Notes: generated by a model from the letters alone, not told the origin. Positions 10,501 to 23,554 are shown, numbered from the stretch's first letter. The stretch is 64,000 nucleotides of DNA from Octopus bimaculoides (GCF_001194135.2 NC_068982.1:153669725-153733724); one strand, 5' to 3'. Made by a program: numbers and translations.

Positions 10501-13449
10501 TTGGCAACAAAAACAAGGCAGTAGAGACATACAAGTAAACCAAACGAAAACAAACCTAGTAGGTCGTTAGAGCAGAATGGGGGTAAAATAGCGAACGCTG
10601 GAAAAATATTTTCTTTGATAAGAGAAAGTATAGAAGAGTGAGATAGGATGTGTGCTGTCCTGAGGACAGTCCTGAAACAAAAGAAAGATGATCACGCGAA
10701 GAAGAGAAAGATGGGCGAGGGTCACGTGTGAGCAACGAGAGAGAAACAGAGAAAGAAGGAAGGAGAGAGAGGGACAAATAGAAAACGGTGAAGGGGAGAA
10801 AAAAAGAAATTAGAGAAAGAATGGGAGAGAAGACAGTATAGAGTGGAGTCGCATCATAAAGATTAAGATAAACTTACTTGTAAATGGATTCGTGGTGTTC
10901 AAACAAATAATATAAATAAGATATATACACACACTGATATGTATATATGTCCGTGTGTATTTATCCTATGCATTTAGGTACGTGTGTATGTGCGCATGTA
11001 TATATGTAAGAAATACAACCAGAAATCTTTGCGTCAGAAGCAGTTGATTTTCTTGCCTTTGTTAAAACAACGTAGCAAATTTTGTCTATAATGTAGCTAC
11101 GTTTCACAAACATTGGTAATAGCATTGTTACTGATACCACTACTAGATATCAGTATGAATTAGGAATGAATCATGAGACATTATCTCGCATGATATGTTT
11201 TATTCAGATGAAGAAATGACTCGACTATGATGTATGTAAGGCCTTAGAATTTGAAGAAACGATTAGAGATTACGATTGAAAAGCACTTGTATTGTATCTC
11301 ATTAAGATGTACAGTTGTTCTCAAACTGGAATTCGCATCCAGTAGAGAGAGTACCCTGCCACTGCGACCACGAAGCTGATGTTGAATTTGATACACATGA
11401 TTGGGGTTAAACTGAAACAATCGTAGGAGACGAGTTTGTATGGTGCTATTCAGTCGGAGCAACCCCGGAACCACATGACGTCAAATTGCCTTGTGTTTAC
11501 GCTATACATGGAAGGCTGTGACTGTTACGCTTTTAAAAAGTCTGATAACCAAATTATTTTTGTACAAAGCATGTATGTATGACATATGTTTGTAAAGAAT
11601 TTCGACTATCAGTCATGAAAATATATTTTGCCAAATTACATAATTCCATCAGCTTCAAAAAATGTATTGAAATCCCGGCTTATTCTAGTATTGTAAGTAG
11701 TAAACTTAATCGAATGCCCGATTTAATTCTACTACTTAATGTTTCGGTGCTAGTTTCAAATCCAAGAATAACCTCGTATGTCGGAGTCTGGAAAAGAATC
11801 ATGGACGCTGCTCTCCCTTCCTTTGATTAAGCTCGTTGTTAAAAAATAAACTTAAGATTATATTAGTGTTTCCACTTGTTGTAAATAAACTTCTCGTGGT
11901 TAACTGTCACTTAATCACTGGAGTTTTATAAAAGAAATTATATAGATTTAGAGCCAAAATAAACAAGTACTTACAGATAGTCTCCTAGGAATGCTTTCTT
12001 TAAAAATTTTGTAGCGTCAGATACATGCGTTGTATTCTCAATTCCATTCATAAACATGGTTGACCAGGTTTTATGAGACATTAAGTAAATATTTTTAAAA
12101 ACATCTCTACAAGACGTTGCTCTTTTATTTCTCTATGGAATAGGGAAATACCGCAAACAGAAAGAACTGCTTCTTCTAAATGCTTTCTTACAGTGGAATT
12201 TAAAATTGTGTATGTCAGAGCTCCGCAAACGTGGATGAGAATTGATTATTTTGAGAAAGTTCAAAACCGTTTTGCAAACACATTTCAGTATCGAGAACTT
12301 TTCTATTGATATATTTGTAATAACAGTGCTAAGAAATTTATCTTAATTACAGAATTGTATGATAGCATGAGAAATCATAAAATATATAGTTTTCATTAAA
12401 AACTCATTATCCAACAGCCCTTTATCTCGAAAAATAGAGATTGAAGGCTGATGGAGTTCAGGGAGTAGTATTGCTTACTAGGTTTGCTACTCAGAGAGTC
12501 TACTTTGTTCATTTCTACACTTGGAGAACAAATGTAGATATATGCTCCTAAATATCCAATACTACTTAGAAACATTTTCGGAAAGAGTACAGCATATATT
12601 ATTAGATTGCACAATACTAAATGTGACAAAATTCAGTTCGAGATACAATAACTAAATTGTTTTACATGCAGTTGGATATGCAATTTAAACCCCTTCAAGT
12701 AAAACGCTTTGTGATACTCATATAAAACTCTGCATGTTGTAAACAAAAATGATAAATTGCAAATACTATGAATTTTATTCACACAGTCAATTTTGCATAT
12801 TTCACATCGTACGGCTGACATCATTGTTGATATGATTTTCAATGGCAAACTGAAAGTAGTTTACATTTATATAAATTTTGATAAAGCAATAAAGAACGGC
12901 AAAGCTGTTGTGAAAATACGGGGTACGGAGCTGTAGAACTGCAGCGATACTGCTGTTGAATTTTTTAAAAATCACGATGCTGATTTAGAAATGTGTTCAA
13001 TTGCCCATTCTGAATTTGTGCAACTGGAACGATATATAACCACTTACGTAAGTAGTGTTTAGGGAGTTTAAGAGCACTTTTGCAACATTGAAAATTTTAT
13101 GAATGCTTTCCAAGACTACATAATTTGGGCGGGAAGGAACTCGTGATGGAATTCTCAAATTATGAATTAAGAGAATAATAAAATAACAAGCAGGATAAAA
13201 AAAAAGCATATAATAATAGAACAGAGCTCACAAAGTAAAGCAAGTCCAAATTCAATACACTCCCAGCGCATCTCCAACAACACATAAAATGCAGAACCAT
13301 CACCAAATAAAACAACACAACACATAACCTACACTTTCACCATCTAATAACATCATACAATACATACTTTTAAATAATTGGCAACTGATTCTATAATAAA
13401 TTACACACACGACAAAACGTTTCTTATCTTGGGACTATTTGTTGAGAAC

Positions 13450-13890
13450 GCTCCAGTTGTCATAGATACGGATGAATGCGTTCTGTATGTATCTGATCTA
13501 AGTCTAAAATAGGGAAGATTTCGGCGAGGAAACAAATCTCTGCATGCGACTTTCCTGTAGAAGTTAGTAGTGATGTCACTTCCCTCTGTGGTTCTGTGGT
13601 GGAAGCTGAGTAAGGAAAGGGATCTAGTGTTACTTCGATGTTGTGATCTGGATACTATGTCATCATTCGTTTTCACGAATAATGTTAGCTTCTCCACGAG
13701 ATTTTAATGCTCAGTATTTCTGGTAGACTGGATTCCATGGGTATATTTGATGTCTCTGTAGAGAAAGCAGGGTAATGTAAGTGTTACACATGAAGAGGCT
13801 AGAAAGGATGGATGTTAGCGAAGAAGGCGAACCATTATAGCTGAAGCAGACGGTCATTAGGTTATCAGCGGAGGGCCAACTATATAATTC
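13450..13890 (-). mobile_element. Highly decayed Penelope-like RT fragment
   Basis: Minus-strand VCFSYNG...SILSSLFM and SLSLLSFHHRTTEGSDITTNFYRK loosely resemble the PLE YFxFNG...MGSPLSPILANLFM and LPFLDV..R....TxVYRK motifs. Confidence 0.35.
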
Positions 13891-14221
13891 ATTGTTTAGT
13901 AAGATAACACGATAACACCGTTAGTAGAATGTGTAGTGAGGAAGATGAGAGGAAATAAAATAAAAATAAAATTAATTAAAATAAAGTAAAGCAGGATAAT
14001 ATACAATAAATTGGAGGGGAATAAAATGAAGTAAAACGATACGAAATACAATAAATGTACAAGGAGGTTTGACTTTCTGTAATACAAAATTATTTTTAAA
14101 GATCACGGATATCAAAATATCAAAGGTTCGTGGATATAAAAGTTTTAAAAGTTTAAGCGGGTATTAAAGGAAATAAGTAGACGGATAGACAGAGGTGTAA
14201 ATGGGTCGATAGCTAGCTAGC

Positions 14222-14289
<68 letters not shown>

Positions 14290-14349
14290 AGGATTCACAG
14301 TTTACCCTACATGTAGCGTGTGATCTGGAGTGAGCCTTGTAATTTCTTT

Positions 14350-15250
14350 ATTAGGGTTTTGAACCGAGGGTTCTTCATCAGACTTTTTAAATCCATATTT
14401 TCTTCTCTTTCTTGATGGTGGCTGGTTTTTCGCTCTTTCACAATTAAAAATCCTGGTAGCAGTAGACGTATTTACACGCATCCAGTTCATTACGGTGGTT
14501 CAGGCTAGGTGCTTGCTTCCTAATAAAGTGTAATTTTGTTATACTGCAGCTAATTACATCCCCTTCCCTCGCTAGTGTGCGGGTAGAGAAATACCCATTC
14601 ATGATGCTGGAACACGGTGCTGGGGGGGGGGGCGCTTTGTACAGTGTTCGCTCAACCCAAAGTAAAAATGTCTCCTGGTCGAACCTATTTATGCTGCTCC
14701 GCAGGAGTATGACACTGGGTACGTGTCGGATTTGAAACAGCCGGGCGTTGTCCGATGGTTTAATTGTTTGGATTGGACATTAGTTAAGGCAGCATGCGTC
14801 AAGTATGTTGTTGGTGTGTGTGAGCATATGGTCCCATATCGTGATTCTGACAGGTTGGTCAAATCTCCTGATGCCTTGTTTTAGTTGGTACACTAACATT
14901 TCCCCCGTTGTATGGGAGATTAACGTAGACCCAGTGTTTATTCTTCTTCCTATCGGTCTACTCTCTTCTGGTCGTTTACAGTTCCAATTTCTGTGGCACC
15001 ACTCCAGTAATTGTCAATACTGATGCCGTTCATCTTCAGCACCATTTCGGTCGATGAATCTTGCTTTTATTGCTGCAGTAAAAATGAAACGCAAATTATT
15101 ACAGTAGCAGTGCTCGCATTCACTATAACCAAAGAGAGTGCGAAACATTCGGTTTCTTTCAGGTATCGCTTGCCGAAAATCGGTTGCTCCCTGTGGTGAA
15201 GTGAATTTTGAATTTTCTTTCCGTATTTTGACTCGCGTAAGGGATGCGCC
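14350..15250 (-). mobile_element. Penelope/Poseidon-type element 3' end with GIY-YIG endonuclease remnant and 3' UTR
   Basis: Minus-strand VYVNLPY.GEMLVYQLKQGIRR (PLE LxLPYxG linker) followed by SYSCGAA*IGSTRRH...SEH (CxCGxxYIGxTxR...xEH GIY-YIG motif). Confidence 0.7.
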
Positions 15251-16589
15251 ACAATGCAGACTGGAATAGTGGTGCCATCAACTCTAACCTCATAACAATG
15301 CATGCATTCGAGCCTCCTTCAACACGACAACTTTATTTTTTTTTTACAAAGAACAAAATGGTAATCGTTGCTAGCGTAGTAATGACCTTCACGTGAAAGA
15401 GTGGTTTCTTTTAATCGAGCGTCAAGCGCGTTTTCCATAATTGCATTACTTATTTCTCCGTGACTTTATGTTTCCTAAATGAAATCATTTTTCAGAGGTC
15501 ACCATTCAACAAGGTCAGTGAAATTCATACGGATTTACGGGTATTATTGAATATACTTTAAGCATCCTCCAGTTTTTCTGAAAAGTGTCTGAGTCTTGGA
15601 ACACTTGCTGGCTTTCTAGATACGTTCGCAATTGGACGACTTCGAAGAGATTAGCAACTGATTAGAAATACTACTGGAAATACATTATTTCGTGCACCGC
15701 CGGTATACACTTTTAGGGCTTTCGAGAATTTTCCCATTGTCACCACTTTTATGCCCATATGTGTTGTGTGTCTTCGCATATGTTTAGAATCTTGAGTTTG
15801 AAAAGAAATGTGTTTGCATTGGAAGAAATATGTGCACACTCACACACACAAACGTATACACATACGCACACTTACTATAGACATTTTTTTTCATATTCTC
15901 TTTCTTCTTGAATATTAAAAAAAAAATATGTGTTCTACTCAATTAAGATTCTCTTCAAAATGACAAAAGATACACAACAAATACTGTTAGGGTGAAATTA
16001 CGTTGAACCATACATACCCCTCTGTGCAATTAGAATATTAAAAGAACAGAGCATCTCGTCGGATGACCGTTGACAATGGCAGTTAAATTATTATCAAAAT
16101 AATTGAAAGCTACAAAAGAGAAGATATGCAACAGTTACGAATTTGATCAGAAGTCATTTCTCTAATGTTGTGTGAGAATTCAATAAAGGAAAGCTTTGTT
16201 CATATCTTGGTCATTCAATATATTGGTGCCAGAAATATTTGGATGGCCGTCATATGAAACGTTACCCATTCTCGTTAAGACACCGAAAATAATGTAAAAC
16301 AAGCAAGTAAAACTATCAAATCATCTGACGGGAAAAAAGTTCGTTCATTTCGTCTTTTAAACAGCGTTTACTTCGTATTCTTCGTATTTTTGTTTGTTTT
16401 ATTTCAGTATTATTATTATCATTCTTTTGTAGAACTGCGATCTTTTATATGAGGTCGATATATTAACCATGATCCGTTGGTCAAAGGACAGTTCTCTATC
16501 GCTTTCTTCTTTTTCATTATCGTTTAGAGTAGTATTTTTTCTATTTCTATACTGATTTTTTGTTTTGTTTTTCATCCACACATCAAGAG

Positions 16590-16880
16590 TTTCCCATACA
16601 AATGTTCCATTCCACCGTTCATATACCAGCCGAGCCTCGTTCTTTATTATACCAGATCCATCCATCCATATATCCATCCAATCCTTTATCCATCCATCCA
16701 TCCATGTAGCCATCCTTCCTTGTATCCTTCCATCCACTCTCTGCCCATCCAACCATTCATTCATTTATCAATCCATCTAGTCACCTTCTCTTGCATCTCT
16801 ACGTCCACCACTTATTTGCCTGTCTTCCAGCCATTTGTCCATTCACTTCTATACACCGATTCCTATTTTTACATGATTAT
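16590..16880. repeat. Degenerate (TCCA)n array
   Basis: Repeated atcc/ttcc/catt units. Confidence 0.75.
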
Positions 16881-17539
16881 CCATTTGATAATTTATCCAG
16901 TCGTAGGGGCTGTGCGGAGCGGGTTGAAATGAGACCTGTTTAAGAAAAGCAACAACAGCAGCAGCACAGAAGCAACAAAGAAGGGGCAGCAATAGCAACA
17001 ACACCAGAAAACTAATAAATAAATAAACAAATAAATAAATAAATAAATAAATTATTTCTGAATGGAAATCATATTAATTGATTACTATTTGGCCATATTT
17101 ATTGATTTATTTAAATGAGTGACAAGAAATAACTCCTCACCTGCTACTCCTTTACATCAGGAGTACTGGGACAACTCTGAAAATAAATTGTAAAAGAAAA
17201 AGCATTTGATAAAAATGATGCCAATATTTGTATAACTGCCGTGTATGGCGGATCTCGTTTCCGTTGGAAGTAAAATAATTTTATACAAAATCCAACGATT
17301 TTCGCTTTTTTATATTGCCGTTACCATTTAAACAATTCCGGAGAACAAAATAATTGTTCCTATTTGTTTTCTATTATATTTATTGTTGTTGTTATATTAT
17401 TATCATCACCCTCACCGTCATCATTATCATCTACATTAGTATTGTTATTGTTGTTTTCCTTCTGCTCATTATTATTATTGTTATTATTACTATTATTGTT
17501 ACTGTCGGTGTTGTTATTGTTGTTGTTATTTATTATCAT

Positions 17540-17556
17540 TATTCTTATTCTTATTC

Positions 17557-17611
<55 letters not shown>

Positions 17612-17616
17612 GATTA

Positions 17617-17659
<43 letters not shown>

Positions 17660-17685
17660 CATTATTATTATTATTATTGTTGTTG
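17540..17685. repeat. Long (ATT)n/(TAA)n microsatellite
   Basis: Visible array; further arrays at 18107-18142 and 18562-18612. Confidence 0.95.
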
Positions 17686-17689
17686 TTAT

Positions 17690-18105
17690 TTCTATTTTCA
17701 ATTTATTCGGAAAGCATATCTTTATTGTGTTCTTGCACTGCACTACCGGACGCAACTCTGTATACCTTGGAGTGGTTTTGTTGCTTCTATTGTATCAAAT
17801 CTCTCTTCATAGAAGAGCTGTATATTGTATGTAGTTCATAATTGTAAGTACTGGGGTCGAGTTACGCATTTGTTTCCATGAAGATTTAATCATTCTTAAT
17901 GTACCTATTATTATAGGTATTTTACTTTTTCTAGCTCCATTATTGGAGCCGTCCCCATTTTCATTTTCATTCAATTAGGAGGTCTTTACTTGTCTTGGAG
18001 ATAGGTCACGTTCTCTTTATATTTATGTGCATGTGCCAGAATATGGTTGCTTAATCAATCTCTGAAGCTTTTTCCGATGTACAACCTGCTAATTATTTCC
18101 TACCC
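17690..18105 (-). mobile_element. Older, decayed R4/Dong-type LINE 3' fragment
   Basis: Minus-strand KIPIIIGTLRMIK...IQYTALL. The 3' UTR gcactgcactaccggacgcaactctgtataccttgg resembles 18170-18210 of the neighbouring copy. Confidence 0.55.
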
Positions 18106-18142
<37 letters not shown>

Positions 18143-18561
18143 GTTCAGTAGTTTTATTTTTATAACGTGCTTTCACTTCACTACCGAGCGCAGCTCTGTG
18201 CGCCTTGGGTATGTGCTGTGGTTTGCTGTGGTGCTTTTATGTTTACTGTATTGAAAGTGTTTTGCGTAGAATGTGTGCAGTACCCAGTAGTGCAATTTTC
18301 TGTATGTTACATATATTTGTAAGTCCTGGTATTTTTGTTATGTATTTGTCTGAGTATTTTTTTATTATACCTCAGGCACCTACTATGATAGGAATTGTTT
18401 CTGTTTTTAGACTCCACATTCGAGTTATCTCTATTTCCAGGTCTTTGTATTTTGAAAGTTTTTCNNNNNNNNNNNNNNNNNNNNNNNNNNNNNNNNNNNN
18501 NNNNNNNAGAAAGCATTTTTTTCCTTCATGATCTTTGACAACTATATCTGGTCTATTTTCC
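18143..18561 (-). mobile_element. R4/Dong-clade LINE 3' end (restriction-like endonuclease domain), 5'-truncated, inserted in (TAA)n
   Basis: Minus-strand NRPDIVVKDHEGKKCF[gap]EKLSKYKDLEIEITRMWSLKTETIPIIVGA*GII...QKIALLGTAHILRKTLSIQ*, a PD-(D/E)xK RLE C-terminus. (TAA)n arrays on both sides. Confidence 0.9.
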
Positions 18562-18564
18562 TTA

Positions 18565-18612
<48 letters not shown>

Positions 18613-18762
18613 GAGTGAGAGAGCAGTGCATGCCATCAAAGTGACACTGGGGTAAAATATACGAAGCCCATTATACCCATCATGACTACCCGTCTGATAA
18701 GGGTACACCAGGTACATGCATCACAACCATATGTGCGCGACATGGTGATCTCATATCAAGAG
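18613..18762. mobile_element. Interspersed repeat fragment starting directly at a (TAA)n array
   Basis: Complex sequence gagtgagagagcagtgcatgccatcaaagtgacactgggg... abuts the array. I recall it as the opposite end of the repeat at 2449-2783, which cannot be tested inside this window. Confidence 0.45.
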
Positions 18763-19275
18763 AAAAAGGCGTTGTTGTTTTAAAACTGAAATTTTCAGAT
18801 TTTCGAGAAGGAAACAATTTTGCAAGCCCAAAGCTCCTTCTCTACAACTGCGAAAAGCAACAGAAAACAATGCTAATACAATATATCCAGCAACCACAAT
18901 ATTGACAGCAAAAGCAACAAAACACCAAGAAAAATATCAACTCACCGCCGAAGAAACAGGAAGAGTCAGTTGTTTTCAACTTTAGAGAAATATTTCTCTC
19001 GCCTTCTTTTCCGATCTATATCACCAATTAAGATTGGGAGGCATAATTGTACGCAATCTGGAGATGCCATGAAAGAAATACCACTTGTGTAACACTCTCA
19101 CGTCACTAAATATTGATATGATAGGCCATCAGTTACACCAAATCTGTGAACCCCAGCAGCTGCGTTATGTATTGAGAACTACCATATACACACGTCTATT
19201 ACTTGGCTGAGATTAGGCGGCGGGGTCATCCTTTTCTAAATATGACCTGAAGGTAGTACTTGGTGCTGCCATCAT

Positions 19276-19640
19276 AACTGATATTTTTATTATCCACTAG
19301 GGGCTAACGCAGATGGGACATTACAATCTGAGTGGTCAGATACAACAAAATGAGATTACATAAAAATGCGCTTAAAAATTAAATATAATGCATGCAACGA
19401 ATGATAACAACACAATAGACAACACAGTTAGAGTGGTGTTTGGGTTCAGCCCCGACCCCACGAGCCCCTATTCACCTCTGTTACCCGTAAGACACGTTTT
19501 TGGCATATTGACAGGGTTACAACCACTCGCAACACTCATGCTACATATTTCCATCTTTCGTTAAACATTTTCTCCGAAAGACACTTCTTCTCCAGCCTCC
19601 GTCTTCAAGTTAGAGCGATAGGCATCTAACATTTCAAATC
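19276..19640 (-). mobile_element. Tx1/L1-like LINE extreme 3' end (ORF2 C-terminus plus 3' UTR)
   Basis: Minus-strand RRRLEKKCLSEKMFNERWKYVA*VLRV resembles Tx1-type ORF2 C-termini (..ER..L....F..RW). The 3' UTR ends gccctagtggataataaaaatatcagtt. Confidence 0.55.
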
Positions 19641-19699
19641 ATAATGCAGGGGAATTTTAAAGAATGAGTGAAGAGGAAGGCCAATAGATGTAAGTGGAG

Positions 19700-20780
19700 G
19701 AATAAGTAGATGGCGCGTAGAATGTGCGCGGAGTGTTGAACCAAGGAAGGACAGAAGTGGTAGGAGAGTCAGACCATGAAGAGAGATTGATCAAAGTTTT
19801 AATAGAAGTAAAAGTCGAAGTGGAGAGTCGGGAGATGAGTAGGAATGGGTCGGATGAGTAGTATTGTGATGGGTGGTCGTTGTTATTGAGTTTGATAACA
19901 TATATTAATAGTTATGGATGGTGAGGCAATAGAACTGAGAAAGAGAAATTGGTACAGTGAGAGAAGGGAGAGACAAGTATCAAAATGAAAGGAAGGGATA
20001 TAGCTGTAGATGCCAGTAGTGTGGTAATGGGGGAATTCGAAGAATAAAGATGGGTGGGCGGTGGAGGGAGGGTACTGAAGTAAGTAAAAAGCTAAGGCAG
20101 TAAATAGAGAGAGGAGGACAGAGAGGGAGAAAGGGAGAGATAGGATGGTTGCAAAGGTATGAGTTAGGTAGGAGATTGTGTATGTAAGTTGCTAGAGAGG
20201 TAGATAATTTAGAAGTTTGATTGGAAAAAAAATTCAATAGTACTTGATACCGGTGCTTGAAATCGACAGTGCTGCCAATGTAAACCCTTGCCAGGTAGTA
20301 GCATGGTGTTACAACCCAGCACTTGTGAATTACATTTTTGCGTAGACTCCAACATCCAGCGGGACAGATTTGAGACACTTAAGAATTGCAGGTTTTTCTA
20401 CCTGCACTGGGGTTGGAATGATCTCTGGAAAAAGTCTGGTTCGTATGATCAGTATCCACCAAAGAAGTATGGTAGGTATTATTACCGCTGTCGGGCTGGG
20501 AGGGAGTGTTACTGCTGCTATATATGGTCGTATTGGTAGTAGTGGAGTTTCTAGAATTATTGCTATTAGGTGCGTTGTGTGGAGTTCAGGGTGATTTGTC
20601 GTAGTCTAAAGTCAGGCGGTGAATTTCGCGTCTATTAGAGAAAGCAATTATGGATCCTGATTTTGGCGTGGTGGTGGAAGAGATTTTAATAGAGGGTTTA
20701 TTGAAGATAGACTATTTATATTGTGGTGGAAAACTGGAGTTTAGGATTTTAAAGAAAATATATATCGGTATGCCAGTATA
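19700..20780 (-). mobile_element. Penelope-like (Naiad-like) element 3' part: linker, Cys motif, GIY-YIG endonuclease, 3' UTR
   Basis: Minus-strand FFKILKLQFPPQYK*SIFNKPSIKISSTTTP (homologous to ~2250-2400), then KTCNS*VSQICPAGCWSLRKNVIHKCWV...VYIGSTVDFKHRY...TSKLSTSLATYIHNL (CNC..CP..C, VIY, YIG.T..FK.RY motifs). Confidence 0.85.
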
Positions 20781-22176
20781 TACATATATTGACTATAAAC
20801 TCCCATACAGAATCTAATTTTCCTAACGTTTGCTCTTATATCATAAAGTATTGCTCATTCAGTCATTCTTGTCATCCGGTCATCAACAGCCGTGAATCTA
20901 TTCAGTCATCTTTAGCGTCAATTTCTGCTTTTCTTCTTGTATATACTTATATTCTATAATATTTTATAATTTTATTGATCCGTTTTCTCTTTCCCAATCG
21001 CTTCATTCTAAATGAAGTTGTGAATGAAAACCTCATTTCACTCCATTAAAGTCAAAGTATTTATCGTTTATCTTCATCTTAGTTCCACAATTTTATCATT
21101 TTACTTGCTTAGTAAGCAACTTTATATTCCCAGCCGCCTGTACGGGTAAATGTGTTATGACAATACATTAATCTTACTGTATTGCAATGCCGTGAGTTTC
21201 AACGCAAAGTGGTAATGAATATGGCACCACCCATCCATCCGAGTTTATTCATCTAACGCTGAACACTGACCAGATTTACTGCAGATCACTCCATATACAC
21301 TTGCTCTTACTTTTACGGTTTGACTTTCTAGCTGAAGGGTTAAACTGTCGTATGCGTTCTCCGATATCAGTAAGATTTTTCTTTTTTTTTATATTTTCCT
21401 TCTGAAACTGCATACTACGATCGTTAGTAGGAAACTACTAGCTTATGGAAACTTGCCAACTTAGCAAAGAGTTTCTTTGTAAACAGTTAAATATGATTTA
21501 TAAATGACTAGGTCAAGTTCTGTTATCTTTAGCGACATAAAATGTCACACTACCTCTTTATATGTATATCGCACTCTTTATCTTTCTTCTTTTTCTGTCT
21601 TCTGCTTTATTCATTTTCTCTTTTTCGATCTCGCTTTGTCTCCTACCCTCTTTTACTTATTTATAAGGGATAGCGCGACACTAAATCTCCTCTATTCCAT
21701 ATTTAAAGCTGAACTCTCCTTGCTATAAAGAATATAATAAAAATAATGTAAATACTCTTCAGAACGTAAAAACGCTTATCTACATATATATTTTGAAAAT
21801 ATATTACATAAAGATATATTTAAAGAATAGGAAGAGCTTGTGGAAGTATGGAGAGCTATATAACCTGTAATAGAAAGGATTATCATAATTGACTAAATAA
21901 ATATATGTGTGTGCATACGTACACGCATACATGCATACATACATACATACATACATGCATACATGCATACTTTCATACGTACATACATACATACATACAT
22001 ACATACATGCATACATAATTATTGGTACATATTGTATCGTGCCCGAGATGCACGAAGGTCTAAATGTAAACCCAGAATGCCGTGGCGTAAAAATCAAGTC
22101 TCGACATAAAATATCAGTTTCAGTTTCAATCAATTATACATACACACACATACACAGATACACACACACACACACA

Positions 22177-22256
<80 letters not shown>

Positions 22257-22884
22257 NNNNNNNNNNNNNNNNNNNNNNNNNNNNNNNNNNNNNNNNNNNN
22301 NNNNNNNNNNNNNNNNNNNNNNNNNNNNNNNNNNNNNNNNNNNNNNNNNNNNNNNNNNNNNNNNNNNNNNNNNNNNNNNNNNNNNNNNNNNNNNNNNNNN
22401 NNNNNNNNNNNNNNNNNNNNNNNNNNNNNNNNNNNNNNNNNNNNNNNNNNNNNNNNNNNNNNNNNNNNNNNNNNNNNNNNNNNNNNNNNNNNNNNNNNNN
22501 NNNNNNNNNNNNNNNNNNNNNNNNNNNNNNNNNNNNNNNNNNNNNNNNNNNNNNNNNNNNNNNNNNNNNNNNNNNNNNNNNNNNNNNNNNNNNNNNNNNN
22601 NNNNNNNNNNNNNNNNNNNNNNNNNNNNNNNNNNNNNNNNNNNNNNNNNNNNNNNNNNNNNNNNNNNNNNNNNNNNNNNNNNNNNNNNNNNNNNNNNNNN
22701 NNNNNNNNNNNNNNNNNNNNNNNNNNNNNNNNNNNNNNNNNNNNNNNNNNNNNNNNNNNNNNNNNNNNNNNNNNNNNNTATATATATATATATATATATA
22801 TGGTAAGGGATAGGGATTATCCCTGTGTGGTGAGTTGTAATGCAAAATATATGTATATATAAAATAAAGGAAGAAAAGTGCACA

Positions 22885-23554
22885 CAGTTTACATAGTTTT
22901 AATATATTTGTTAATATATTTTATAAGTGAAAGAGTATTGTGTTTCTCGACCGATTTCGCTTTCACTAATCATGGTATTGAAATTATTGTTATTTCGTAT
23001 TTTCTTAAGAAGATTTTACTCCATGTTGTGTATGGGGAGTTTGTGAATAAAATGAAGCAAGAAGTAGAAAAATCTGTCCAGTTTTCCCTGCCTACTAGCG
23101 CAAAGAAATAATTTCTGTACAGGAACGTTTAAATAAAGAAAAATATTTTATTGAAAAATACAGAGCACGCTTAAATATGAACGCATAACCAACTTTCATC
23201 TCAGTACATATTTTAATTCATGTTCACATACACATCACTCTAAATATTTCATCTCACTATTTTAGTTTTTGAGTTTTTGTATATTAATTTACCCATTCCC
23301 CAGAAACTGAGTAACCACCTTCCCTGTCCCGAATAATAAAGATCACCAATTATCTCCCCTTAGATTCTTCTACTTGTTTATCCCTTCCTTTCATTGACAA
23401 ACTCTCATACACAACATAAACTAAAATCTTCTTAAGAAAATACAAAATTACAATAATTTCAATGTCATGATTAGCGAAAGCGGAACCGGTCGACAAACAC
23501 AGTACTCTTTCACTTGTAAAATATATTAAACACATATTAAAACTACGTAAACTG
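22885..23554. mobile_element. MITE-like element with ~190-bp imperfect terminal inverted repeats
   Basis: 22885-23075 is the reverse complement of 23365-23554 (cagtttac.tagttttaatat...aagtgaaagagta.tgtgttt.tcgaccg...ttttcttaagaagatttta). Ends begin CAGT; TA flanks the right end. Confidence 0.8.

Noticed and set aside
12200-13300. Faint CR1/L2-like RT words (YFEKVQNRF, VYIYINFDKA, KFNTLPAHL)
   Set aside because: The motifs are short, out of the expected order and too degraded to call without a profile search.
20340-20400. Possible selenocysteine codon in the Naiad-like Cys motif
   Set aside because: The in-frame stop here is TAA and is not at a Cys position, so there is no evidence of Sec in this copy.
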